A stretch of 64,000 nucleotides of DNA from the human T2T-CHM13v2.0 reference genome, Homo sapiens. The stretch is from the NCBI RefSeq assembly GCF_009914755.1, contig NC_060928.1. One strand, 5' to 3'. The translations under genes and the position numbers were made by a program. Below, piece by piece: positions 34,880 through 46,981 of the stretch (position 1 is the first letter of the stretch; each line of letters begins with the position of its first letter). Below the pieces are notes generated by a model. The model did not search any database. It had not been told where the DNA came from and was given only the letters and a program-made list of their open reading frames with translations.

Positions 34880-34935
34880 CCTGAGATCACGAGCTGGCTC
34901 CTGAAGTTAGTGCAAAAAAACTACCAAAGACAACT

Positions 34936-35030
34936 GCAAGTGTCAGTGTCTGGCCTTAGCCTGCTAGCTGTTATCTTCCAGGCCCACCTTCCTGTGGCCA
35001 TCATCAGCTGATAGGCAGGGGAGGCATTTT
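34936..35030 (-). promoter_or_regulatory. GYPE: Erythroid TATA-less glycophorin promoter
   Basis: AGATAA at 34976-34971 (about -37), GGTGGG box 34983-34988, CAGGAAG Ets-like site 34988-34994, overlapping E-box CAGCTG (35005-35010) and GATA site TGATAG (35009-35014). AP-1/NF-E2-like TGAGTCA further upstream at 35402-35408. Confidence 0.85.
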
Positions 35031-38000
35031 AAATGATGCAAGTTGTTAAGCGCCTGTTAATAAAGATACATGGATATCTTGGGGCTATGAAAGTGGTAAG
35101 TACAATTTTCACTGCAAGGAACAGGTGGCTACTTGTGATATTAACTTTGCATCAGTTAAGTGGGCATGGTAAGGTGGTAGACAGGAGCCACCCAACTGGA
35201 CAAAGAACTGGACTGTGAATCTCTGAGGCCAGGGCACGTGCCAGGCTGAGGTAGCTGTTGTGGAGCCATAGACCTTCTCATTTCTAATGTCAAGACCCGG
35301 TGGTCCAGATGAAAGTGACTTCCTATATGTGAAATGAACATATTTGAGAAATTTAAATCATTTGAGTGTTCTGAGGTTCTGAAAGACTCCCAAACTCATG
35401 GTGAGTCACACAGCAATGTAAGAGACATGAGATGCAACAAATCTTTCAGTGAAAATAGAGTTTGAACTGAAGAGCTAGTGCTGTGCAGCTATGAAACCAG
35501 TGAGCTGTTTCTGTCTGAAATATACCTTGCTAAGTAAGCATAAATGAATACCAAGACAATAAATGAAAACAGTCAGAAACAAAACCCAACAAACCAAAAA
35601 CCTTATCATTAAAGTAGGTTAAAATGAAAGGTATGGAAATGTGAGGAAGCTCAATTTTAAAGGGAGACAGAACAAAAAATATAAATTAGGTCTGAAATGG
35701 TTCAACAGAAGGTGACTGGATACTCCATCTAAATCATCTTACTTCCTGTAAGATTTTTGTGAAAGTCTTTCCTGCCTGACCCAGAAAATCAATTTGCTAT
35801 GTAAGCAATTTGCCACATATATCATACTTACATATTTACCCAAAGTGTGGTTTAAAAAAATCATTTATGAAGCTAATGTTTGCAGATTCAGGAAACTGGA
35901 CCACAGAGAAAAAAAAGTATTTACTGGATAAAAGATGGAGATAAGTATCAGCAGAGCATCCCAGAGAGGGAGGAGCCTGAGATTGAGGGACTAATGGATG
36001 GAGGGAGTGGAGATGCAGACTTGGGAGAGACGGAAGAATGAATGACACAGACGGGGTAATCTGAGCAGCAGGAAAAGAATCCAGAGTGCCTCTTAAGGCC
36101 CTGCCAATTCATGTAAAACAACTGCAGCAAATTTTATTAAAAACTTAAAATTAAACAATACATAATAATTTAATACCTTCCATAAATTCAGTGTTTGTTA
36201 TGGCTGGATATCAGTTTGGGTTGCAGGAATTGTGCTCAAGAGTCAACCAAGTAAAGGAAATGTTGTTGATATTCATATAAGCAGTAAGAATTAATTCACA
36301 TGATTTTATATTGACAAAGGGAGAGCGATTAGCATGAGTCTTAAAAATGCTATTTCTGAAAATGGGTAAATAAATGTCACTATTCTTACGATGGACTATT
36401 AGAGCAACTATTAAAATCATGTTTTCAAAAATAAAGATATGGAGACTCAGGATAAAATGGATAAGTGGAAAACAGCAAGATCTGAAAATTGTATATACAC
36501 AAATAAAATCCTATTGGATTCTTTTTTTCCTGGGTTGTGCTATCTTCACCTGGAATACACCTACTCCTTTTTAGGTGGCCTCCAATTCTGCTTAGGGTCT
36601 TCATTGAATAGTACTTCCTCCACGAAGCCTTCCCTGACTTCCTGTCTTTGTCAGGTGCCCCTGCTCTATACTTGTGTGGTTCCATCTTCTTCCCTTATCA
36701 CAGGACTTATTACACTACGTTGCAATCATTGTGTCTCCACTGGACTACAGTTTTTAAGTGGACACACCCTGACTATGGCTATCTTATTTACCAATGAGTG
36801 CTTGGGGCACACTTGACAATAAATATTTCTCAAATCAATAAATGACAAATGAATATTGCAGTGCAGAGGAAAGCAACTACTCACGGGCAGTCCTGGGTGT
36901 ATAGGCTGATCATTTTTTATATATCCTGCGGGTAACCTATGTCATATCCTAGCTTCAGGTTCCCTCCAGTATGGAGGTCCATTGCTAAGGCAGGAAGGGG
37001 AAAATGAAAAGGAAACTCAGCCTAAAATTCAGCTTTCATACCTTCTTCAGCCTGGACTGGTCAGAGTCTGAGAGTGCTTTCTTTTCCATGACCTCCCACT
37101 TTCCTTTCCTGCAGAATCACATCGTTAGCAATTCTCTAAACTCCTGTAGTGCTGACACAGGCCTGTTTATTAACACCTGTCTCAGGTTGTTGTGAACAAT
37201 CTGTTGCTTTGTATTTGTGGGTCCTGTCTCTGTTGTTCTGTTTCCAGCATCTGGCACAATGCCCTATAGAGTACCTGGCCCTATTAAAGTAAGTCAAAAC
37301 CTGGAGGGTTCTCAATGAGGAAATCAGAGGTCAGATTCAGCACCTCACACAGGGTGTGAGGAAGCAGTGCCGTACAGTGCTCTCTAGTGGCGTATCTGCA
37401 CAATGGAAGGAAAAAATGTGAGCCCCGTAAATGCAACAACAAAAAAAATACATCAGATTACATTTTTCTCTTTCAGGCATTCCTTAATCTTCTTTAAATT
37501 TTTCAGAAATATTTTTACTGAAGTACACATTCATAATTATCATAAAATTCTACCTATGAGCTATATCATGCAAATTATTAGACAAATCCACATCTTTTAA
37601 GAATTTTGAATCTTTGCATAAAATAAAACAAGTACTTTTGAGGCATTTAATCAAACATAAAAAACTTATCCAATTTTCTTGATACTACATGTCTTTAAGC
37701 TATTTTTTGAATTGCCTGAGTCATTTCTATGACGTAGTTAAGAAGGATGAAGTTCAATGTTATAATCTAGGAAAGGCAACTTGGATCGATCAACACAAAC
37801 TTATACCTTGCTTGTTTCATGACAGAGAACCATTCATTTTTGTCAATTACTTACCTCTCAACTATTTCAGGCTTAGATTATTCCTGAAGATGGTTGCATG
37901 CTAGTCTGATCTGCCAGTGGAGAAGTGTGCTTTTCATGTTTTGCATGGAGGAGTGGAGAACAGGGGAGGGGCAGGAAAGTTGAGGCACTGTGGTTTATAC

Positions 38001-40870
38001 TACTAGCCTCCTTGGTACCTCATCGCCTTAGAATTGTCCAGCCTGCCTTGCCAGAGTAGTCTAAGAACTTTCCCTGACCTTTGTTAGTTTATCATTTCAA
38101 AATTTTTTTAAAATAAAAAAACAATTACAAGTAAGATAAATCTAACACTCAAAATAACCCTGTTAGAGAGGCAGAACAGATATTAGCATTCTTATTTTAT
38201 TTTATTTTATTTTTATTTATTTATTTTTTTGCAATTAACTTGTACTTTATTTTGAAGTTGTGACCGGAAAGTTGTTTTAAAGTCTGTCTTTAAACTTACA
38301 AATATTATGTCAAATTGCTCCTAAGAGAGGATCAGTAGAGATTTAGTTCTTATAGTATTTCCTCAATTATATTTGGCAAATTAGATTTTCAAAACAAGAG
38401 TTTAACTTGTTATTAATTCTTCATGTTTACATACTTAAACCTCAGGTAGAAAAGTATTACAAGCTATCAGTGGCGTCTGCAATATAGGTGGGAAAGGTGA
38501 GTGCAAAGAATAACACATATTCTATATTAACAGTAAACATAGCTATTTCTGTTCTCCCTCAGCTACCAAAAACTGTCTTAAGCCTCCAGATTTAAAACCG
38601 CTGGGTTCATTCACTCATTCAGCCATTTATTTTTGTGAGCATCTCTTAGGCAGTCATGTGCTATGCTAATCCTATCTGACTCTTCCCTCTCCTTTGTCCT
38701 TCAAACCCCGTTAGTGGCCAAGTCCCATTAATTTGGGCATGTCCCACTTCTCCTCTTTCCAAATTTCTGAAGTATAGGTCAAGTCCTCATTAACCACTGA
38801 ATATGCACCAAATGGAAGATTATGCAGTCATTAAAACCACTCATAAAAAGTATACAACATGAAGAAAATCATTCAAGTAAAAAGAACAGAAAACTGTACA
38901 AAATATTATATAATCACATCCATGTAAAAAAAGAATTTGGCATGGAAAAAGATGAAGAAAATAACATACTAAGAGGATCTCTGGTGGACAGGTACTTTGC
39001 CTTTACGTTACTGCATTTTGCAAATTTCCCGTAATAAGCAGTTATTATTCTAGAAGAAAATATAAATGAGCTTTATTTTTAAAACTTACTATTTTAGTTA
39101 GATAACAAATTATTCCTGAGGTTCAGAACTGTATATCAGAAATAACCAAAATAAACACAAGCATGCAGCTAATTCTTTAACCTAATTCCTTAAAAACTAA
39201 AAGGTGCTTTTACCCATGCCTCTTACTGCATTTCCACATGCCTAGAAAACCTCTCCTCTACAATGTTCCAGTGAGACTCCGATGTCAGCTTTCATAAAAT
39301 AAGTTGTTCTTACCAACTATTCCACATTATTTTTAAAACTTCAGTGATCTGCTTTCTCCTAAACTCTAATTCTCATTTTTCCTTCCAAAGCATCCTAGAT
39401 TTGCCTTTTCCTATTACCACTGGTACCCACTGGTACCTGCAATCCTCTTTTCTCTAGGAATCTACCCTTAATTCTAGTACAAAACTAATCTTTAAACACT
39501 GCTTTCATAAAATCACTTGTCTTTCCGAAATGTGCAAGAGCTTCCACTTGACTCAAATCTAAGCCTATTGTTGAACCACAAATCTCCACTCGACCTTACA
39601 TCTTATTTCTTCAAACCAGGCAGAACTACACTGTTCCTTATATTTAAACCATGCCTACTCTGTTTTCATTGTGCTATTCCCAATTTTCCATGTAAAATGT
39701 CCTTCTTCTGGCCCCTGTTAATCTAAAGGCCAAGCTCAAGGCCCACTCCAAGTCCTCCAATCATCTCTTTAAGTATTCCAGCCTATACTCATCTCTCTTC
39801 TGATTCCCTGTTGCACTTACAGTTAGTATCACAAAGTGTAACAATTGTTCTGTGACTATTGTGTATAGATTGGTTTTGTTTCCACAAATAAGATACTAGA
39901 CAAATAAGGTACCAGAAAGCAGAGACCAACAGACCCAAGGAAAACGCTAGACACATAAACAGTTAATACTAAATGAATAATTTTTTTCTACAGTCAAAAT
40001 ACTAATGCTCCAAACCATTTTTAAGTCGTCTTATTTGAAGTTATGTGAGCCAAAAAGTAAATCTGTCTCACATTTTATTTTTATCCTGCCAAAATTTAAA
40101 GTCTATAACTTGGTAGAAAAAAACAATCGGACAAGAAAGTTTAATTTTCCTCTCACTTAATTTTATCTGGTAAAACCAGGACTTCAGGAATAAAGTAGAA
40201 CTGTACATTTCTCCCATCTCTTCTGCTCCTTTCAGAAGTATCTCCAACTCAGGAGATATGGAAAGTACCTTCTTTTCTTAAATTATATGGTAATATTTTT
40301 TGTCTGTTACAAAAATAATAAAAAGACATGCTCAACACATAATTAACCATATGACTATAAGTCTTTTTGATCAACTCAGGAAATAATTCTTGAACTACTT
40401 TTTGTTCAGAGAAAAAGTGCAGGATCTAGCGAAGTAATGTGATTGCTCAGGGTATCACTGACCATGCCCAGTTGTTCCTATTCTTCTTTCCTTTCCCAAG
40501 TTCGTCAAGTGTCTCTGAGGACTCAGTCAAGTGTCTCTGAAGATTTACCCTTCCCATTATTCTACCAAACCTAAACCTAAATTCAGCCCAACTGGAGACA
40601 TTAAATTCTCTAGGTTTTCAAGGGTCACAGCATTAAGAGACTAGACAGCCTTGAGATAAGTACCAAGTTTATATAACATGAGTTAATAAAATAAATGGTC
40701 ACAAGGACTCTTCCATTCAGTGTAGATTAACAACTATTTGCACACAGGCTTAAGCAGGACGAGCAAAGTGGAAAAATATTTCGCTAGTAGTATTTGTCCG
40801 TGTCCCAAGAAAATCTAGAAAAGAACATCTTTTTAATTGACATGTCAATAAATATAAACTACTATATTAT

Positions 40871-41425
40871 TTATAATGTTAAGCTACCTGAAGCATGCCT
40901 CCCCTGATTCTGTGGCATTCTTTGGAAGAGATCATGGTTGTATTCATAATATCTGTAGTCTTCATGTGCACGATCTCCAAGTGGCCGCTTTCTCTGACCA
41001 TCAACAAAATTGTCTGAATAATAATATCGGGAACCAGAGTCTCCATTTTCAACAGCAAAACTAACTTCCGTTACAAATGACTGAGAAGAACCATACTCTC
41101 TAGGGACATCTGCTAGACTTCTGGCAAGATAAGAAGGTGCAGATAATCTGTTGCTTTCTCTTCTCATTATTTTATGAGGTGTTCTTTGAATTGGAGTTCT
41201 AAGGAAACTCTGGTTTCTTGAAACTACTCCATCTCCAGAAGTTGAAAAGGCATTAGGGCTTGAATCTGGAAGACAGATATCAGTTCGTCCTGGAATTTTT
41301 GGACCATGCTGGATGAATGAAGGCATAAGATTCCGAAGCAGAGGCGACGTCTCCTTCTTCACGTACTTCCCCTGCACCTCGGCCGGCTTGGACACTTCGT
41401 TTTTGGTTTTCTGTCGGGACAGCAT
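40871..41425 (-). CDS. Intact 184-aa ORF of the SAV1 retrocopy (N-terminal region only, no WW or SARAH domain)
   Basis: MLSRQKTKNEVSKPAEVQGKYVKKETSPLLRNLMPSF...MPQNQGRHASG|SLTL*; GAAGGATGC start context; no frameshift or internal stop. Translation unproven. Confidence 0.55.
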   Translation of the reverse strand: MLSRQKTKNEVSKPAEVQGKYVKKETSPLLRNLMPSFIQHGPKIPGRTDICLPDSSPNAFSTSGDGVVSRNQSFLRTPIQRTPHKIMRRESNRLSAPSYLARSLADVPREYGSSQSFVTEVSFAVENGDSGSRYYYSDNFVDGQRKRPLGDRAHEDYRYYEYNHDLFQRMPQNQGRHASGSLTL

Positions 41426-41730
41426 CCTTCTCGACCAGGCCCGAGGCCGCGCTGAACTGCCTCGCTAGGGCTCCGCGCCGGGCGCCGGCCGTCTCCGCCG
41501 CCACCTCCGCCGCCACCTCCGCCGGCGCCGCCGCCTCCTTCCCTCCGGAGCCGCCGCCTCCGCCGCTGCCTGTCCGGAGCCTGGGGTCGCCCGCAGGGAC
41601 TGCCGCATGTTCAGGGCGCTAAACGCGCCGGCCGCCGCTCAGTCGCTGGTCACTTCCTTCCCGGAAGTCGGCCCGCTCTGCGACGCTGCTCGGGGACCCC
41701 TTGAGGAAAGCCCAGCGACGCCGGGCCAGC
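41335..41730. promoter_or_regulatory. CpG-island-like segment carried by the SAV1 retrocopy
   Basis: Dense CpG/GCC repeats in an otherwise AT-rich window; ETS cores ACTTCC 41652-41657 and CCGGAAGT 41661-41668. Confidence 0.7.
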
Positions 41731-42039
41731 GCATTCTTATTTTATGTATGAGCAAACTATGGAATGGAAAAGAGATTATGAGTTATTACTTGATTTGATT
41801 TGCCCTAAGTGTTTTTTAAACGTATGGATTTAGCGCCAACATTTAAAAAGAAGGTATATTTTAATTAAAAATCAGGAATTGATTTAATTTAAAATTTGGC
41901 TCCTCTTACAGGAAGATCTGGCAAGAGTTAGCGTGCAGTTCTACATTGTGACAATTCATGAGAGCTAAGGACTGGCTGTCTCTTGGGACAAATAGGCTTT
42001 CTTGAGTCTGGTAAGTGCTCCACTTGATGCTTGCTTCCA

Positions 42040-42440
42040 TTTCTTAGATTAGGTTCTACTGTGGTAAGGCCTCAAAATCTCAGTGTCTTGCAGCAACACT
42101 GGTTCATTTCCTGCTCACATTACATTTGGTCTATGACGGTGACAAGTTTCAGGATCCAGACTGAAGGAGCCACCCCCATTTGGAATATGCTGTTCTTGTT
42201 GCAAACTGGGGGAAAAAGGCCAGATAAGGAATGGCTTTTAATGCTTCCTCTCAGACTGTGTTATGGTTTTTTTCTCACATTCTATTAGCCAAAGTAAATC
42301 AGTGGCCAAGCTGACCTCAATGGGACAAGTAAATATAATTCTTCCAAATGGAAGTCCTGCAAGTCATAGGTCAATGGTGAGGATATATAAAACACTTACA
42401 GGAAGGGCCCTAATAATTGGGAGCAAAACCACAATCCATC
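42040..42440 (-). mobile_element. Old MLT1-type MaLR LTR
   Basis: atctcagtg.cttgca.caaca..ggtt.atttc.tgctcac and cacatt..ttagccaaag.aa.tca.tggccaag motifs. Confidence 0.6.
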
Positions 42441-43448
42441 GCATTCATTTATACTCTTTCTAAGCTTTTGGCATTTGGGTTTGGAAATCTAATTTATTTA
42501 GGAGTCTTCTTCAACACCTTCTAGTGATGAGATTTCTTTAACCCAGTTTTCAGTTTCCTTTCTTTAAAATTATAATGAGATGTGATGTGCGTTGAAGAAA
42601 CCCCAGAAGTGAGAAACTCTCATCACTACAATGGTGATGTAGACAGTGGAAAACTGTTCCCAGTTGCCTCTAAGTCCATCGTGCTATACTGCTGGAATCA
42701 GGTATCATACATAATCTTTCTGCTGAGAATTGATAGGTCCAGCTTGTTCTACATCCAAATAATAATTCAACCAATGATTTGTGAGCACCTACCGGGCACT
42801 GTGCCAAGTGTGGAAGACACAACCTTCAGTAACTCAAGTTTCCCTTCAGGAACTGACAGCTTAATTTGGAAACAAATAAATTAAGAAGGCAATTGCATTA
42901 TGGAGTGTCAAGTGGATGATAGTAGTAAGCAAAGGGTGTTATAAGGGTACATAAGAGGGGTACCTAACTCAGGGTTGAGGTTCTGGAAAGGTTTTCCAGA
43001 GCAAGCAATGAGACCTAAAGGATGAGTAGACAAGTCACGGGAGAAGTAAGAACATTTTAAGCAGAGAAAACAGCATGAGCAATGGTCTGATATCAAGAAA
43101 GGCAGAGATAGTGCAAGAATACACAATGTAGTAGTTTTCAAAACTGTTTGAAATTTTAATCTCACATTTGTTCTTTTCAATGTCTAGGATATCAATTCAT
43201 TCTGCGATTTACCTTTGTAAAGATGAATTTAGCCCTGGTTCTCTATATGAATACTAGAGGAAGTATATTGATAAAAGAAAAGGAACAAATATGTAGTCAT
43301 TTCTAAGATTTATTTTTATTAAAATGTAACACTCACAAACTGTAAGTGTGTAACTCATATATATATACACACATATACACACACATACATGAGTATATGT
43401 GTGAAACTGTCACTCAAATCAAGACATAGAACATTTCAGATGTATTCC

Positions 43449-45693
43449 AGAGATCATGGTGGATGGGAGGCAGGACTGGATTGCAGCTCCCACTTGGACA
43501 GACAAAGCAGCGTGTGGAGGCTTGTATCATGAACTTTGACTGCAGGAATAAATCAGGAACACTGAGAGAACCCACAGACCCTCAGAAAGAAGCGGATTGC
43601 TCCTGCAGGTCTCAGGAGACACCCCAAATGCTGTGGGAGCCCAAACTGCAAACTGTGGAAGTGGGAAAGGGGAATAGTCAGCTCCGGAACACACATCCTC
43701 ACTGGGGAACCTAAAGGTCTAGATCACAGGAGAAGATTTTGACCTTACTTGGAGCTGAGTCAATTTAGAGAGCCAAGTGACATACACTGCTAGAGAAAGC
43801 AGGGCGAAAGGCCCTGTGGGCTCACTGGGTTCCCTAGCCATCCATTTCTGCCTTGCCTCACGGGGTTCCTTGAGGAGGGCTACCAGAGGCACTGGGAAAT
43901 GGTCACAAAGAGAAGGAAACTTCCAGCTGAACTTTAAAACAATTTGAACAGATTGAGAAGTCTCCTAGCCAGAACTTGGGGGAGGGCATGAATCCAGTGT
44001 GCAGACTCTACAGGTGGGGAAGTACCAAAGCCCTACTTGCTTTTGCAGCTGGGAGGCTGGTAGCCTGGGGCAAATTCTCAGCCCTGCTCACCCACTGCCT
44101 GGAAACAGACTCGGTGCTGTTGCAGGGGCTATGGTGGGAGTGAGACCAGCCCTTTGGGTTATGTGGGAGCTGGGTGAGGCCTGTGACTTCAACTTCCCTG
44201 ACAACCTGCATGGGATAAAAATCAGGGATAAAAATCACTACAGCTCTGCTCTCAGGAAGCCACATCCCTGGGAAAAGTGGGAGAGTACTACATCAAGGGA
44301 ACACCCTGTGGGACAAAAGAATCTGAAGAACAGCCTTGAGCCCTAGACTTTCCCTCTGACAGAGCCTACCCAAAGGAGAAGGAACCAGAAAGCCAACTGT
44401 GGTAATATGACAAAACAAGGTTTTTTAACACCCCCCCAAAATCTCACTAGCTCACCAGCAATGGATCCAAATGAAGAAGAAATCCCTGATTTACGTGGAA
44501 AAGAATTCAGAAGGTTAGTTATTAAGCTAATCAAGGAGGTACCAGAAAAGGCAAAGCCCAATTTAAGGAAGTGAAAAAAAATGATACAAGAAATGAGGGG
44601 AGAAAGTTTCAATTAAATAGATAGCATAAATAACAAACAATCAAAACTTCAGGAAAAAAATGGATGCGCTTATAGAAATGCAAAATGCTCTGGAAAGTCT
44701 CAGCAATAGATTCCAACAAGCAAAAGAAAGAACTTCAGAGCTCGAAGACGAGGTTTTCAAATTAACCCAAACCAACAAAGACAAAGAAAAAAGAATAAGA
44801 AAATACAAGGAAAGCCTGCAAGAAATCTGGGATTATGTTAAACAACCAAACTAAGAATTATCAGCCTTCTTGAGGAAGAAGAGAAATCTAAGTTTGGAAA
44901 ACATATTTTGGGGAATAATCAAGGAAAACTTCCTGGCCTTGCTAGAGACCTAGACATCCAAATACAAGTGCAAAGAACACCTGGGAAATACATTGCAAAA
45001 AATCATTGCCCAGGCACATTGTCATCAGGTTATCTAAAGTTAAGATGAGGAAAAGAATCTTAAGAGCTGTGAGGTAAAAGGACCAGGTAACCTATAAAGG
45101 AAAACCTATCAGATTAACAGCAGATTTCTCAGCAGAAACTCTATAGACTAGAAGGGATTTCGGCCCTATCTTCAGCCTCATTAAACAAAATAATTATCAG
45201 CCAAGTATTTGTATCCACTGAAACTAAGCTTCATAAATGGAGGAAAGATACAGTCTTTTTCAGACAAACAAATGCTGAGAGAATTTGGCACTACCAAGCC
45301 AGCACTACAGGAGCTGCTAAAAGGAGCTATAAATGTTGAAACAAATTCTGGAACAACATTAAAACAGAGCCTCTTTAAAGCGTAAATATTACAGGACCTA
45401 TACAACAACAACAATAACAAACAAACAACAACAACAACAGAACAAGGTATACAGGCAAGAAATAGCACAATGAATGGAATGGTACCTCACATCTCGATAC
45501 TAACATTGAATATAAATGGCCTAAATGCTCCACTGAAAAGATACAGAATTAAAGAATGGATAAGAATTCATAAACCAACTATCTGCTCCCTCCATAAGAC
45601 TCACCTGACACATAAGGACTCACATAAACTTAAGGTAAAGGGGTAGAATAAGACATTCCATGCAAATGCAACCAGAAGCAAGCAGGAGTAGCT
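43449..45693 (+). mobile_element. L1PB-type 5' portion (5' UTR, degenerate ORF1, start of ORF2), abruptly truncated
   Basis: agagatcatggtggatgggaggcaggactggattgcagctccc 5' end; ORF1 remnants; ORF2 start atgaatggaatggtacctcacatctc at about 45470; ends at agcaggagtagct. Confidence 0.85.
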
Positions 45694-46981
45694 TTTCTTT
45701 TTTTTTTTTTAATTTTATTATTATTATACTTTAAGTTTTAGGGTACATGTGCACAATGTGCAGGTTTGTTGCATATGTATACATGTGCCATGTTGATGTA
45801 CTGCACCCATTTACTCATCGTTTAGCATGAGGTATATCTCCTAATGCTATCCCTCCCCGCTCCCCCCACACCACAATAGTCCCCGGTGTGTGATGTTCCC
45901 CTTCCTGTGTCCATGTGTTCTCATTGTTCAATTCCCACCTATGAGTGAGAACATGTGGTGTTTGGTTTTTTGTCCTTGTGATAGTTTGCTGAGAATGATG
46001 GTTTCCAGTTTCATCCATGTCTCTACAAAGGACATGAACTCATCATTTTTTATGGCTGCATAGTATTCCATGGCGTATATGTGCCATATTTTCTTAATCT
46101 AGTCCATCATTGTTGGACATTTAGGTTGGTTCCAAGTCTTTGCTATTGTGAATAGTGCCGCTATAAACATACGTGTGCATGTGTCTTTATAGCAGCATGA
46201 TTTATAATCCTTTGGGTATATACCCAGTAATGGGATGGCTGGGTCAAATGGTATTTCTAGTCGTAGATCCCTGAGGAATCGCCACACTGACTTCCACAAT
46301 GGTTGAACTAGTTTACAGTCCCACCAACAGTGTAAAAAATGTTCCTATTTCTCCACATCCTCTCCAGCACCTGTTGTTTCCTGACTTTTTAATGATCGCC
46401 ATTCTAACTGGTGTGAGATGGTATCTCACTGTGGTTTTGATTTGCATTTCTCTGATGGTCAGTGATGATGAGCATTTTTTCATGTGTTTTTTGGCTGCAT
46501 AAATGTCTTCTTTTGAGAAGTGTCTGTTCATATCCTTTGCCCACTTTTTGATGGGGTTGTTTGTTTTTTTCTTGTAAATTTGTTTGAGTTCATTGTAGAT
46601 TCTGGATATTAGCCCTTTGTCAGATGAGTAGGTTGCAAAAACGTTCTCCCATTTTGTAGGTTGCCTGTTCACTCTGATGGTAGTGTCTTTTGCTGTGCCG
46701 AAGCTCTTTAGTTTAATTAGATCCCATTTGTCAATTTTGGCTTTTGTTGCCGTTGCTTTTGGTGTTTTAGACATGAAGTCCTTGCCCATGCCTATGTCCT
46801 GAATGCTATTGCCTAGGTTTTCTTCCAGGCTTTTTATGGTTTCAGGTCTAACATTTAAGTCTTTAATCCATCTTGAATTAATTTTTGTATAAGGTGTAAC
46901 GAAGGGATCCAGTTTCAGCTTTCTACATATGGCTAGCCAGTTTTCCCAGCACCATTTATTAAATAGGGAATCCTTTCCCCA
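45694..46981 (-). mobile_element. 5'-truncated L1PA (about 1.3 kb)
   Basis: Poly(T), L1 3' UTR and ORF2 C-terminal ORF 46313-46980 ([15 protein letters not shown]...). Confidence 0.96.

Larger units (their letters stand above)
38201..41730 (-). pseudogene. SAV1: SAV1 retrocopy (semi-processed: 5' leader, exon 1, exon 2, apparent intron 2, poly(A))
   Basis: ORF matches the SAV1 N-terminus. TSD GCATTCTTATTTTAT at 38186-38200 and 41731-41745; AATAAA at 38251-38246 followed 15 nt later by an A-rich tail (38230-38201). Confidence 0.93.

Noticed and set aside
41280-41798. Overlapping Ala/Gly-rich ORFs in the GC-rich segment
   Set aside because: By-products of high GC in the SAV1 leader; no independent support.
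42550-42626. Minus-strand box C (GTGATGA) and box D (CTGA) spanning 77 nt
   Set aside because: No terminal stem and no recognisable guide sequence; such motifs arise by chance.
42582-42884. 100-aa plus-strand ORF
   Set aside because: Non-ATG first codon, runs into an L2 relic, no recognisable protein family.
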